A DNA stretch of 64,000 nt. Source: a virus. Each line of letters opens with the position of its first letter. Within the stretch, counting starts at the first letter, position 1. Below, in pieces: positions 1-8,720 of this stretch. A program made the position numbers and the translations under genes. The stretch is from the IMG/VR virus record IMGVR_UViG_2029527005_000001, positions 6,183-70,182 of that record; one strand, written 5' to 3'. Under the pieces are notes generated by a model. The model was not told the DNA's origin, did no database searches, and was given only the letters and a program-made list of their open reading frames with translations.

Positions 1-398
1 GGCCCCTCATTTTTACGGAACGCCATTACGGTTGCACGGAACACTTTGAGCTTGAGCTTGATCTCTACCGGCAGATCATTGAAGTCCATGAGATGCGGGT
101 GTTGTTTAACTCCGCGATCTTTCTCTCCGAGCTCCCAACCCTGATGCTTGCGTTGTTTGACCCAGCGGTTGTGCATGGTGCGACAGCTAGGCGCGGACAA
201 CAGGTATTGTTCTACCTGATTGATCAATGATGCCTTGTACCAATCACTGCACAGCTCCCACTGCCCCAGCTTGGGAATACCAAACGCTTCGCAGACAGCT
301 TGCATAGCGCCATGGCCGGCCTTGGCCGCGAGTTCTACTTCTTCTTCAGTAAACGTTTCATAGATCGGACTGGTGTGACCTTTCTCAATGTCTGTCAT
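1..398 (-). CDS. RyR (ryanodine-receptor repeat) domain protein, truncated by window edge
   Basis: Translated by hand (not in ORF track): MTDIEKGHTSPIYETF...HNRWVKQRKHQGWELGEKDRGVKQHPHLMDFNDLPVEIK. This matches the RyR pattern HxxW..K...GWxxG..D...KxHPxL..f.dLp. Open to position 1. Confidence 0.75.
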   Translation of the reverse strand, partial: MTDIEKGHTSPIYETFTEEEVELAAKAGHGAMQAVCEAFGIPKLGQWELCSDWYKASLINQVEQYLLSAPSCRTMHNRWVKQRKHQGWELGEKDRGVKQHPHLMDFNDLPVEIKLKLKVFRATVMAFRKNEG

Positions 399-417
399 AA
401 GTAAACCCTAAAATAAA

Positions 418-966
418 TTAACCGCCAAAAGAGTGAGAGCTGCTGCTAAAACTGCGTCCTACTGAACTACCAAATCCGCCACGCGTCGTGGTCTTGGTGG
501 TAGCAACACGAGGAGACGTCGCCCGCGCCACGTACGGTGTTCCATTAGACTTGGTAAAGCCTTTGTTCATAGGAGCACGATAGAGAGCGTTAGCATGACC
601 AGTTTCATTGCTGTAAGAGAAATAACGAGGCTGGTTATAATAAAAGAAATGACCGCCTGAACTATAACTCTGGCAATTGTTCTGAGGGTCGTCCCGCAAG
701 CACTCACCACGGTTCTTAAAACGGCGACCGTTATTCTGGGCATCACGGTAACTCTCTTGTTGTAAACGCTGGCATTGCTCTTTACTAAAACTCCCTCTTT
801 GATAACAGTCGTCAACGGTGTTATATGGGGATTCACTAAAACTCTTTCCGTCACAGCCCGACAATAACAATACAGCTCCTACCAAACCTGTTGCTATCGC
901 CGGTTTATGCTTGAACTTACGCACCTTACGGAAACGGTCGTAATTCATCTTTTTTGTTCTTTTCAT
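418..966 (-). CDS. DUF1190 (YgiB/UPF0441-like) lipoprotein
   Basis: Probable start MKRTKKMNYDRFRK resembles the enterobacterial YgiB N-terminus. Lipobox LLLSGC, Cys pattern, and C-terminal TTTRGGFGSS...SFGG tail typical of DUF1190. Confidence 0.8.
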   Translation of the reverse strand: MKRTKKMNYDRFRKVRKFKHKPAIATGLVGAVLLLSGCDGKSFSESPYNTVDDCYQRGSFSKEQCQRLQQESYRDAQNNGRRFKNRGECLRDDPQNNCQSYSSGGHFFYYNQPRYFSYSNETGHANALYRAPMNKGFTKSNGTPYVARATSPRVATTKTTTRGGFGSSVGRSFSSSSHSFGG

Positions 967-1415
967 TTGTTTAAAGGATGCTCCCCCGAACAATAATTAC
1001 GTTTAATTAAGTTGTGATGCGCATAGTTAAAGCGCTTGAGCAAATCACATAACTGATTAAAGAGTGACCAGTTAGTGCGGTAGGTCCATCCTGCATGCTC
1101 TGCAAAATAAACAACAGTTTTTCGCACATCTAGTCCCGGTGGCATACCCACGATGTGTCTCGCAGTGTGTTCCACCGTTTTACAAATCTGGTGTTGTTCT
1201 GGTAATGTCTTGATTGGAAGTGACTCTAATACAATAGCCACCACAATCGTTGGGATATCACGTAAACTATAACCCCTGAGTGCCATGTCTTCAGCAACTC
1301 TTTTAGTAAAGTCTTTCTCTGCTGGAAAGCTCACACGCATAGTGCGCGAATAATCATTGAATTTAAAACGAAAAGCGTGACGAATACTCACGGCAGTAGT
1401 CCTTGTAACAAACAA
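963..1415 (-). CDS. hypothetical protein
   Basis: 150-aa ORF whose stop overlaps the next start (ATGA coupling). Confidence 0.6.
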   Translation of the reverse strand: MFVTRTTAVSIRHAFRFKFNDYSRTMRVSFPAEKDFTKRVAEDMALRGYSLRDIPTIVVAIVLESLPIKTLPEQHQICKTVEHTARHIVGMPPGLDVRKTVVYFAEHAGWTYRTNWSLFNQLCDLLKRFNYAHHNLIKRNYCSGEHPLNK

Positions 1416-1464
1416 AAAATTAAGGGAAAACTACTCCCTTAATTTAGTTCACAGTTATTAGTTA

Positions 1465-1983
1465 TTATTTCACGTTGTGTGGCATATGCCACAACGCCAG
1501 TTCACTTGGGTCTAAACGGTCAGCCCACCGAGGTGGCGCCATAGCGAAGCGATACCCTGATGGTTTTGCGTAGAACCAGCCTTCATGATCGACGCGACAA
1601 ATAACAAACACGATCTTCTTCAATGTTGACGTCTGATTGATCGATTGTAAAGCCGTACTAACCACCTGAGTAGCCGCACTCCGGGTTAGGCGCAATATCC
1701 CGCCAGTCACGGGCACATGCGGACTTGTTTGGTCCACAAAGCGATCCAATTTAAAACGCAACATGGCGAGGTCAGGATCGAACTGCACAACAGCAACGTT
1801 ATTTGGGTTCAAGCCCTGGGAAATAAAGAAGCTGTTAACAATAGAGACTTGACCTGACACATTGACCGTCAAGTGCGGCAACAGATATTGTTTATCACGT
1901 GCTTTGGGAGTTTTGGTGATGTTGATAAACTTACCTGCTACTCGCCCATAACCTAATTGGGCGCGTTCTGTTTTTGCGTACAT
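1465..1983 (-). CDS. hypothetical protein
   Basis: 172-aa ORF in a tightly packed minus-strand operon. Confidence 0.65.
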   Translation of the reverse strand: MYAKTERAQLGYGRVAGKFINITKTPKARDKQYLLPHLTVNVSGQVSIVNSFFISQGLNPNNVAVVQFDPDLAMLRFKLDRFVDQTSPHVPVTGGILRLTRSAATQVVSTALQSINQTSTLKKIVFVICRVDHEGWFYAKPSGYRFAMAPPRWADRLDPSELALWHMPHNVK

Positions 1984-2490
1984 TTATTTCTCCGTGATAG
2001 CACGAACGTAACGAGAGTATTCAGTGTCTAAGAAACGATCGAGGTCACCATTAACCGGGCAGGTAACTTCGACGTTCTCGTATTTAGCTAACCGTGTGCG
2101 CGCGACCAGCAGAAGTTTGAGTGTTTGCACTAATGCGCGACTCATCCAACGCATACGTTCTTTACCGGCGGTAAGAATGGCGATACGCGAATATTTACGC
2201 GTATAGTCGTCACCCCACATAAACACGGCATTTGCTAACGTGTCATCAGGTAGGTGACCTAACGCTGTTTTAGCGCGCTCCTGAGCGTAGAGCTTGCCAT
2301 GTGGATCTTCTTCCTGGTTTGCCAACCACATAGCCGGAGGAGTCTGCACACACAAAAAACCACGTTCTGTTAGCAAATAGCGCAAGATAACTTCTTTCTC
2401 CTCCGCACTCATGGTATCGAGCTGACTGGCAACTTCATCGGCACCTTTAGCAGTTAACAACTTTTCACGGATTTCATCACTGATATTCAT
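1984..2490 (-). CDS. hypothetical phage protein (W..Q.EDPHG...ER....G.L.DD.LANAVFM motif)
   Basis: 168-aa ORF abutting both neighbours. The motif looks familiar from phage hypothetical proteins; no function assigned. Confidence 0.65.
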   Translation of the reverse strand: MNISDEIREKLLTAKGADEVASQLDTMSAEEKEVILRYLLTERGFLCVQTPPAMWLANQEEDPHGKLYAQERAKTALGHLPDDTLANAVFMWGDDYTRKYSRIAILTAGKERMRWMSRALVQTLKLLLVARTRLAKYENVEVTCPVNGDLDRFLDTEYSRYVRAITEK

Positions 2491-3134
2491 TTTTTATTTC
2501 CTAATGAGCGCGCATGAATGGAATTTCCTTCATACATGTGGAGTTGATAAAGTTCGTCTTTTGAAAGATGCTTGGCAAGCGCGTAATTAAACTTTTCAAT
2601 TTTCTTAACGTACTCGCCATGGTCTTTAACACGATACTCGAAGCCGAACTCCCATACTGGATAAGCATTAAACCCTTTGCTTCCGCCGAGTGGCGCACCA
2701 TCGTCATCGAAACAGAAGTTCAGTACTTTGGCGTGTAAATAAAAACCTCTAAACCCGCTACGCAACATTAAATCGCTAAGGAAGTTCATAAAACGATCAC
2801 TTTCACGACCTGCTGCAAAGATAAAGTAAAACGTGTCAGTGAGCGGGGAGCGCAGATTATCCATGTGCTGTTTGAGTTTATCGGCTTCTTCCATTTTGAG
2901 TTCTTTGATCGCCTTTGCGATACTTGCCTCAAGTTGCCGTGTTCTTTTAGTGAGGAATTCAAAAGGTGTGTGTCCTGAACAACTCCACACGGTCTGAATG
3001 CCTTTGGTTTCGGCTAGCAACATCAAACTGATTTTGATGCGCTCATCGATTCCGTGATAACCCAGCTCTTCAGCAATAACTTTGTTACGTTTCCGCAGAA
3101 TATTAAATTTCTTGTCGCTGACGGTATGAAACAT
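2487..3134 (-). CDS. hypothetical protein with TxxSCSGH motif
   Basis: 215-aa ORF containing GIQTVWSCSGH; ATGA coupling to the next gene. Confidence 0.65.
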   Translation of the reverse strand: MFHTVSDKKFNILRKRNKVIAEELGYHGIDERIKISLMLLAETKGIQTVWSCSGHTPFEFLTKRTRQLEASIAKAIKELKMEEADKLKQHMDNLRSPLTDTFYFIFAAGRESDRFMNFLSDLMLRSGFRGFYLHAKVLNFCFDDDGAPLGGSKGFNAYPVWEFGFEYRVKDHGEYVKKIEKFNYALAKHLSKDELYQLHMYEGNSIHARSLGNKK

Positions 3135-3149
3135 GATGACCTCTTGTAA

Positions 3150-3506
3150 TTAGCTTTTGTCTGAAATGGAAGAAACTTTATTTGTCACGATCTTGCCTTG
3201 AACAAGGTTGGGACCAATGACTTCTAAAATGTAGACACCCTTATATTCATAAGGATAGCCTTCTGGTTTATTTTTCATCATGGCGCGAATGAAATCCCCA
3301 CCTACTTTCGGACCGATACGGAAATTACCTTTCCCCATGCGGTAAGGACCTTCCCCTATTCCCATTTGGAAACTGAGTCCGTCGTCAGCACCTTTGAAAC
3401 TTACTAAACTGGTGTGGGGGAATCCATTCTTACTTAGAAAACCGTGCGGGATATAAACAAAGCCATTACCACGCACGGTGCCGTGCACAAAGTCTGCTTT
3501 ACTCAT
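3150..3506 (-). CDS. hypothetical protein
   Basis: 118-aa ORF, first gene of the leftward operon. Confidence 0.6.
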   Translation of the reverse strand: MSKADFVHGTVRGNGFVYIPHGFLSKNGFPHTSLVSFKGADDGLSFQMGIGEGPYRMGKGNFRIGPKVGGDFIRAMMKNKPEGYPYEYKGVYILEVIGPNLVQGKIVTNKVSSISDKS

Positions 3507-3519
3507 GTTTTAAAATCCT

Positions 3520-3975
3520 ATGATACTAAAACAATATGAAGGGGAAACTATCGTGTTGAATAAGTTCTTGGGGGGCTTTTTTAAACGGACGCTTGATCCG
3601 TTTACGTACCCTGACATGCCAATGCAGTTTTTGGTGAAGGAAGACAAATTCCAGTTCACCGAAGAGTACGTCACGCCTGAGGTAACGATCCCGAAAGGTT
3701 TCATTACTGACGGGGCGAGTACTCCGCGTTGGTTAAAAGGTCTGTACCCGGGTTATTACAAATATTTCCCGGCTGCTGCTGTGCATGACTATCTTTACGG
3801 ACAAGGTGCCGTATCACGTAAGGATTGTGACGCGCTTTTACGAGACATCATTCGCACTCGCCTTAACATGAGCTGGCGCTACTGGTTCGTGATGTGGGTA
3901 GCTGTTCGTGCAGGTGGAAAGTCTCATTACACTAAACGTATTATCGAAGGTAACACCGTAGAACCAGTCAAATAA
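3520..3975 (+). CDS. DUF1353 family protein
   Basis: Motifs IPKGFITDGASTPRW, AAAVHDYLY, SRKDCDALL and AVRAGG are characteristic of DUF1353. Confidence 0.85.
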   Translation: MILKQYEGETIVLNKFLGGFFKRTLDPFTYPDMPMQFLVKEDKFQFTEEYVTPEVTIPKGFITDGASTPRWLKGLYPGYYKYFPAAAVHDYLYGQGAVSRKDCDALLRDIIRTRLNMSWRYWFVMWVAVRAGGKSHYTKRIIEGNTVEPVK

Positions 3976-3987
3976 GGATAACCGGCC

Positions 3988-4575
3988 ATGGCAGACGAAG
4001 TTGATTTCATTGAAGAAAGCGCAACGTACCCTGAAAAGATCACCTTAATACAACTAGGTGATGTGGTGCAAGGTGGGAAAGAAGGTAAGTCAAACGAACA
4101 GGCCACACAGCTTGCGAATCGTACGAAATATTTAAATCTCGTCATGACACAAATGATGCAGATTGTTTCCCACTACATACCCCAGGGCATCGCTGCAAGC
4201 TTGACTGCACCAAACACCTATGTGGGTCTTACGATACAAGAACTGAACATCCAGATTAATGCGGAAAGCTTAACTGGGGACTCGGTTACTGTATCGCTTC
4301 AAAGCCTGGCCGGCGACATCCCAGAAGTTGATGTCCGAGTTCTGGGAACTTACGGTGACGACAACACCAGCTTCGGTAAAGTTATTCCAAACACCACAGT
4401 GACCACTCAAAAGGTCTTTTTGTTTGATGCCGTACCTTTAACGAGAATGCCGTTTATAAAGGTATTGATAATTACAGAAACTAAGTGGTGGGAATTTGTA
4501 GTAAACGTGGCACGTCCTACAGGTGAGAAGACGTATTGTACGCTCGAACCCAAGTCGCTGCCTTCGCTTAGTTAA
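3988..4575 (+). CDS. tail-fibre N-terminal module protein
   Basis: N-terminus YPEKITLIQLGDVVQGGKEGKSNEQATQLANRTKYL matches the GG..G..N.QA.QLANRT.YL module of temperate-phage tail fibres. Confidence 0.6.
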   Translation: MADEVDFIEESATYPEKITLIQLGDVVQGGKEGKSNEQATQLANRTKYLNLVMTQMMQIVSHYIPQGIAASLTAPNTYVGLTIQELNIQINAESLTGDSVTVSLQSLAGDIPEVDVRVLGTYGDDNTSFGKVIPNTTVTTQKVFLFDAVPLTRMPFIKVLIITETKWWEFVVNVARPTGEKTYCTLEPKSLPSLS

Positions 4576-4589
4576 AAGGAGGTTGTATT

Positions 4590-5204
4590 TTGTCTGGTGA
4601 AAACGACATACTTGTCGAAGCAGAAGCAGGCCAAGAACTCTACCCTGAATCTATTAAACAAATAGCTGTTTCCGACTCAGTTAAAGGCGGACCAGACGGA
4701 CCGTGCAATTTGCAGGCGAAACAATTAGCACTACGCACACAGTTCTTGAAAGCAAAGTCAGATGCTGACAGCAAACGCATCGACAACATCGAGAAACAAT
4801 TGGACTGGTTTACGCCTCGTGTTCAGATCATGGACATGAGTGCCACAGGGACAATTTTCCAGTTTGATATACCGGGGATCAACTTCCGGGTCACGCTGAA
4901 TAAGACCTCTACCAGTAACGTTAGTTTAGGTGTTTCTAGCATCACAGGAACCAACACCGCTGATATCAAGAAACTGGCTTTCTATGACAACGGTATTGAC
5001 AATGCTGCGTTCGATGCAATAGCACTCACTACCGATGTTAAAGTCATTGATTCCACCATTTACCTGGCCACTCGCGACAACCCGCAAATGGAAGTCTGGG
5101 TCGGTGCACAATGTTGGAAAGTCGATGTCATGATCTCTGGTAGCAGTGCGGAACGTGTTCGTGTGTTTGCTTTTCCTATCACGGGAATTCCCGAGACAGC
5201 ATAA
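4590..5204 (+). CDS. tail-fibre N-terminal module protein (paralog of the preceding gene)
   Basis: YPESIKQIAVSDSVKGGPDGPCNLQAKQLALRTQFLK followed by a short coiled coil and a beta-rich domain. Strong RBS (AGGAGG) before a TTG start. Confidence 0.6.
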   Translation: MSGENDILVEAEAGQELYPESIKQIAVSDSVKGGPDGPCNLQAKQLALRTQFLKAKSDADSKRIDNIEKQLDWFTPRVQIMDMSATGTIFQFDIPGINFRVTLNKTSTSNVSLGVSSITGTNTADIKKLAFYDNGIDNAAFDAIALTTDVKVIDSTIYLATRDNPQMEVWVGAQCWKVDVMISGSSAERVRVFAFPITGIPETA

Positions 5205-5210
5205 AAAAAT

Positions 5211-5242
5211 AATACTAGAGCGGGTAATCCCGCTCTAGTATT
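5211..5242. terminator. bidirectional terminator hairpin
   Basis: AATACTAGAGCGGG-TAAT-CCCGCTCTAGTATT, a 14-bp perfect stem between convergent genes. Confidence 0.8.
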
Positions 5243-5251
5243 TATGCCGCG

Positions 5252-5629
5252 TTAATGCGTTTCTACTGCATCAACGGGACGTTCCACCTGGTCGTTACCG
5301 TCGGGACTATCACGGGTCACAACCAACGGCAGCCAAGCACCGGTCTTGGTTTTATACAAACACTGGTTTAACATCCAGTCTTGTTTAGTAATGGTGTTGT
5401 AGGAAAACTGATAATAGCGACACACAGTAGTACGCCACAACGGCTTTACCAGTACCATTGTAATGATCACTAACCCTACCCCCCAACCAATGAGCAGAGC
5501 TTTGCGACGATCACCAAACCATTCCAACGCATCAGACAACAGCGGGTCTTTGCGACGCTTAAAACCAAAGTACCAACCGTAGCCGTAGACCGCGGTAAAC
5601 AACACTAACGCCAGATAATAAAACTCCAT
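5252..5629 (-). CDS. membrane protein (two N-terminal hydrophobic segments)
   Basis: YYLALVLFTAVYGYGWYF and ALLIGWGVGLVIITMVLV segments. Confidence 0.65.
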   Translation of the reverse strand: MEFYYLALVLFTAVYGYGWYFGFKRRKDPLLSDALEWFGDRRKALLIGWGVGLVIITMVLVKPLWRTTVCRYYQFSYNTITKQDWMLNQCLYKTKTGAWLPLVVTRDSPDGNDQVERPVDAVETH

Positions 5630-5641
5630 CTACTTTTAACC

Positions 5642-6214
5642 TTACTTTTGGGATAATTTCTTTTCGATAGCGTGCGCGACAATGTGGTGTAACGCATCGT
5701 TACTGAGAACAGCCGTGTTGTATTCTACATGCACAACCACACCCCGATGTTCGTATTTCACCACGCGATGAAATTCAGAGTGTGCGCTGACAAGAGTAGG
5801 ATGAACACGATAGACAAAGACCAGTTCGTTATCGGTGCCGCATGGACAATAGATTCCGTCTTCTCGCCGAGCAAACGAGCCAAAAGAGGAACACACCAGA
5901 TCCCAAATGTCTTCTTCGATATCGCGATCATCGATAAAGCTGTTTGGAGACATCCCCAGCAACTTGGTTTCTTTGATCCGGTACCGCTTACTAATCTCTA
6001 CGATAATATTGCGTAACACGTATTCATCGAGAGACTCGTTGATATCGCTACAACGATCCAGATTACGAATAAATGCCCGCACCTGATTCTTGGCCGTCAT
6101 CACGTTGGATTCGGTACAGCTGCTTTGTGCCCAGAGTTCAACGAGTGCTCGCTGGATTTCAAACTTGTGCTTGAACGTTCGGAAATGAATAGTAAACGAG
6201 TACGTGGATCGCAT
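5642..6214 (-). CDS. hypothetical protein
   Basis: 190-aa ORF in operon. Confidence 0.65.
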   Translation of the reverse strand: MRSTYSFTIHFRTFKHKFEIQRALVELWAQSSCTESNVMTAKNQVRAFIRNLDRCSDINESLDEYVLRNIIVEISKRYRIKETKLLGMSPNSFIDDRDIEEDIWDLVCSSFGSFARREDGIYCPCGTDNELVFVYRVHPTLVSAHSEFHRVVKYEHRGVVVHVEYNTAVLSNDALHHIVAHAIEKKLSQK

Positions 6215-6216
6215 GA

Positions 6217-6846
6217 TTATTCCTTTCGTGATAGTTGCGTTGATAACGCGTTTTTGTTGGAGATAGAGAACTTGTCGTTTTGTAATGCTTTCAGCACTTT
6301 CTCTTCGGTAATGCGTACAACATGTGGCTCAACCTTGGTAAAGTCTGCAGTGATCTTCATGAAAGATTCTGTTAACTGATCTTCCACGGTGTCTAAATGC
6401 AGATCGTCGCCGTAGGTGAGGTAGTAACCGTAAAACAGCAAATTATCTTCGTTGTGGTCTGGGTTACTCGCGACCATGGCATCTCGCATCTCTTTCAACA
6501 AATCTTCGCCATCGGCTCCCATGGTTTTCAGAGTTGCGTTTTCACGCACCAGTGAAATAGGAATAACCTCGAACCCTTCTTCAGTTTTAAAGTAATGAAT
6601 CCCCATCATGGTCCAGGTGCGCGGAACAATACAGAGCCATTCATAGGCGTGCTGATGCGCAACCTTGAGATCCATCCCGCTCAGGTGTTGGGCGAGATCA
6701 CCGAAATGAAATGCCGTGGGGATGTGGTTCATGTCACCAATGATGTGGAACTTAGAAAGACAGATCCGCAAAATACGCACGATGTGGTCAGTTTTACGGC
6801 GTGCTACGGTTTTCGGTGCTTTACGAGGTTTCTTGTTACCAGCCAT
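6217..6846 (-). CDS. hypothetical protein (basic N-terminus MAGNKKPRK)
   Basis: Long ORF; start reassigned to 6846, downstream of AAGGA. Confidence 0.65.
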   Translation of the reverse strand: MAGNKKPRKAPKTVARRKTDHIVRILRICLSKFHIIGDMNHIPTAFHFGDLAQHLSGMDLKVAHQHAYEWLCIVPRTWTMMGIHYFKTEEGFEVIPISLVRENATLKTMGADGEDLLKEMRDAMVASNPDHNEDNLLFYGYYLTYGDDLHLDTVEDQLTESFMKITADFTKVEPHVVRITEEKVLKALQNDKFSISNKNALSTQLSRKE

Positions 6847-6883
6847 TATAATAATCCTTCTTATTTGGAAAAACATACATAAA

Positions 6884-6913
6884 TAACTAACTAGGGAATT
6901 CCCTAGTTAGTTA
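6884..6913. terminator. 30-bp perfect palindrome, probable terminator
   Basis: TAACTAACTAGGGAATTCCCTAGTTAGTTA is its own reverse complement and is intergenic. Confidence 0.7.
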
Positions 6914-6917
6914 AAAG

Positions 6918-7145
6918 TTATGCTGAGAAAATGTGGTTATCGAGCACAGGCTCAATGGTATTACGCAACAGGTTTTCTACGGTTGCGTAATTCAGGGAAT
7001 GTTTTTTACAGTGCTCATCCAGAGCGATGTACAACGCGTGCGTGTCGACCATCTCTTCCAGCTTCTGCTTGTGTTCTTCAAAGAACTCGGCAATAAACTC
7101 AGCAGGTGAGCGACGGATCTGCGTCATACGAATCGTATCAAGCAT
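6918..7145 (-). CDS. hypothetical protein
   Basis: 75-aa ORF coupled to the upstream gene. Confidence 0.55.
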   Translation of the reverse strand: MLDTIRMTQIRRSPAEFIAEFFEEHKQKLEEMVDTHALYIALDEHCKKHSLNYATVENLLRNTIEPVLDNHIFSA

Positions 7146-7497
7146 CCGCTGTCTCCTTTGCAGCTAATTTCTCTGCGTCAGCTTTGGCTTTGCTCGCCAG
7201 TGCTTCTTTCAGGAAGATGTCAAACTGATTGCGGCCGTGCACTTTGCCCATCAGCGTAAATAACACATCATCGTTCTCACTGATAATGATCACGGCTAAA
7301 GAGGCGGGCAGTGCGCTGTCCAGATGCGACTTACGCAAAATGCGCTGGACACCTTCGGCACGGATAGGGTTAGAGGTAGACACCCACTTACCATCTTCCG
7401 TCACGAACACCACATGCGTGATGGGCTCCTGAATTTTGGGCTGCTTACGAATTTCTTTTTTGCGGTACTGAAGTGTGTTCATGGCGGAATCTCTCAT
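7138..7497 (-). CDS. hypothetical protein
   Basis: 119-aa ORF. Confidence 0.6.
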   Translation of the reverse strand: MRDSAMNTLQYRKKEIRKQPKIQEPITHVVFVTEDGKWVSTSNPIRAEGVQRILRKSHLDSALPASLAVIIISENDDVLFTLMGKVHGRNQFDIFLKEALASKAKADAEKLAAKETADA

Positions 7498-7526
7498 TGA
7501 TGATTACAACATAACATAGCGGTCGA

Positions 7527-7949
7527 TCAGAACATCATTCGCCACTTGATGTAGACGAAAATAAACAGCGCCAAAAAGCCAAACATTCCTGCGTACATCA
7601 GAATGCCTTGGATCTTTTCTTTACGCTTTTTCTCTTGCTCACGCTGATGGTATCTTGAAATACTTTTACAAAGCGATCCCAGTAGAGCGTCGGCTTCCAT
7701 ACACGCCTGCTTCATAAAAACAATTTCTTCTAACATGGCGTTGATGCTCATTTGCATGTTGCGGCGCTGTTCCAGCCGCGCATAAAACTTGGCGACGAGT
7801 TCTTGACACTCTTCATGCAGACGTTTTGCCTTTGCGATGTAAATGAACTCATCCACGAGGTATTGGAACTTTTCAGCGAAAGTCTCACAGACTTCCAGAA
7901 AACGATTGTCGTGAACGTCTAATTCCTTTTCAGGAGTTGACAGAGCCAT
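7527..7949 (-). CDS. coiled-coil protein with C-terminal membrane anchor
   Basis: Probable start MALSTPEK at 7949 after GAGGTAGGT. Helical body, then basic KKRKEK, then GILMYAGMFGFLALFIFVYIKW. Confidence 0.65.
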   Translation of the reverse strand: MALSTPEKELDVHDNRFLEVCETFAEKFQYLVDEFIYIAKAKRLHEECQELVAKFYARLEQRRNMQMSINAMLEEIVFMKQACMEADALLGSLCKSISRYHQREQEKKRKEKIQGILMYAGMFGFLALFIFVYIKWRMMF

Positions 7950-7951
7950 AC

Positions 7952-8128
7952 CTACCTCGTGAATAAATAGATAAAGAAGCCAATTATTGACACAAAAGCC
8001 ACCAACCCCATGCATGAATTAATCATGTCGTTCATGGTATCCGGCTGACGATTAGCTTTTACAAAAGCCAGGGCGTTGGCCTTAACGACCTTTACCTCTT
8101 CTTCAGACATCTGTTCTGTTGTTTTCAC
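7952..8128 (-). CDS. small tail-anchored membrane protein (58 aa, not in ORF track)
   Basis: GTG start after GAGGTG. Reads (M)KTTEQMSEEEVKVVKANALAFVKANRQPDTMNDMINSCMGLVAFVSIIGFFIYLFTR*, and the stop abuts the next RBS. Confidence 0.6.
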   Translation of the reverse strand: MKTTEQMSEEEVKVVKANALAFVKANRQPDTMNDMINSCMGLVAFVSIIGFFIYLFTR

Positions 8129-8249
8129 ATAGCACCTCAGACCGCGTAATTATAAAGAATAGTTTTTTAACCCAAATAAATACTTCAAGAACTAACCCAA
8201 GTGACAATAAAACACCAAACAACCATAATAATTTTTGTTCAAGTGACAT
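8103..8249 (-). CDS. small membrane protein (48 aa, not in ORF track)
   Basis: MSLEQKLLWLFGVLLSLGLVLEVFIWVKKLFFIITRSEVLCENNRTDV*; AGGAG upstream; fills the intergenic gap. Confidence 0.5.
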   Translation of the reverse strand: MSLEQKLLWLFGVLLSLGLVLEVFIWVKKLFFIITRSEVLCENNRTDV

Positions 8250-8264
8250 TGACTGCCTTTTCTC

Positions 8265-8720
8265 CTATTTAAGAAACTCCACTCTAATGTAGTGGATTTT
8301 GGTTAATGATAAACGCCCAACTTCTTCGGCGGTGGAAATGTAATCTCCTTGCCCACCTACAGTTAAAGAGATCTTTCTCTGATCCCGGATCATCTGACGG
8401 AACACACGCGCCTTTCTACCTTCAGGCTTTAGCAGTCCGCAAACATACCCATCAATAACTTTTACTTTTAATACCGTAGCACAGCGGTTAGTTTCGGGTG
8501 TGTGATCAGAGAGGCAGGGAGAACTCAGGATAGGTACATCACCTTGCTCTATAAGACGAGCGACGTTATGACGAAGTAGTGCAGAAAAATCCGCACTCTG
8601 CATGTCGATCAGTCTTACCCAGTAGAACTCAGTATCCTCATGTTTTACCATGGGTGAAATGAGTTCGTTGCCTCTTAGGGAACCGCGTTGCTTATAATGA
8701 CTCTTTAAACTTGTCTTCAT
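8265..8720 (-). CDS. hypothetical protein, possible degenerate prohead-protease fold
   Basis: NRCATVLKVKVIDGYVCGLLKPEG...ISLTVGG loosely resembles the jumbo-phage/T4 prohead protease core. The start may lie further downstream. Confidence 0.55.
   Translation of the reverse strand: MKTSLKSHYKQRGSLRGNELISPMVKHEDTEFYWVRLIDMQSADFSALLRHNVARLIEQGDVPILSSPCLSDHTPETNRCATVLKVKVIDGYVCGLLKPEGRKARVFRQMIRDQRKISLTVGGQGDYISTAEEVGRLSLTKIHYIRVEFLK

Noticed and set aside
8146-8156. TATAATTAC as a further early promoter
   Set aside because: It lies within the proposed 48-aa ORF, has an extra base and lacks the upstream ARRYC element.
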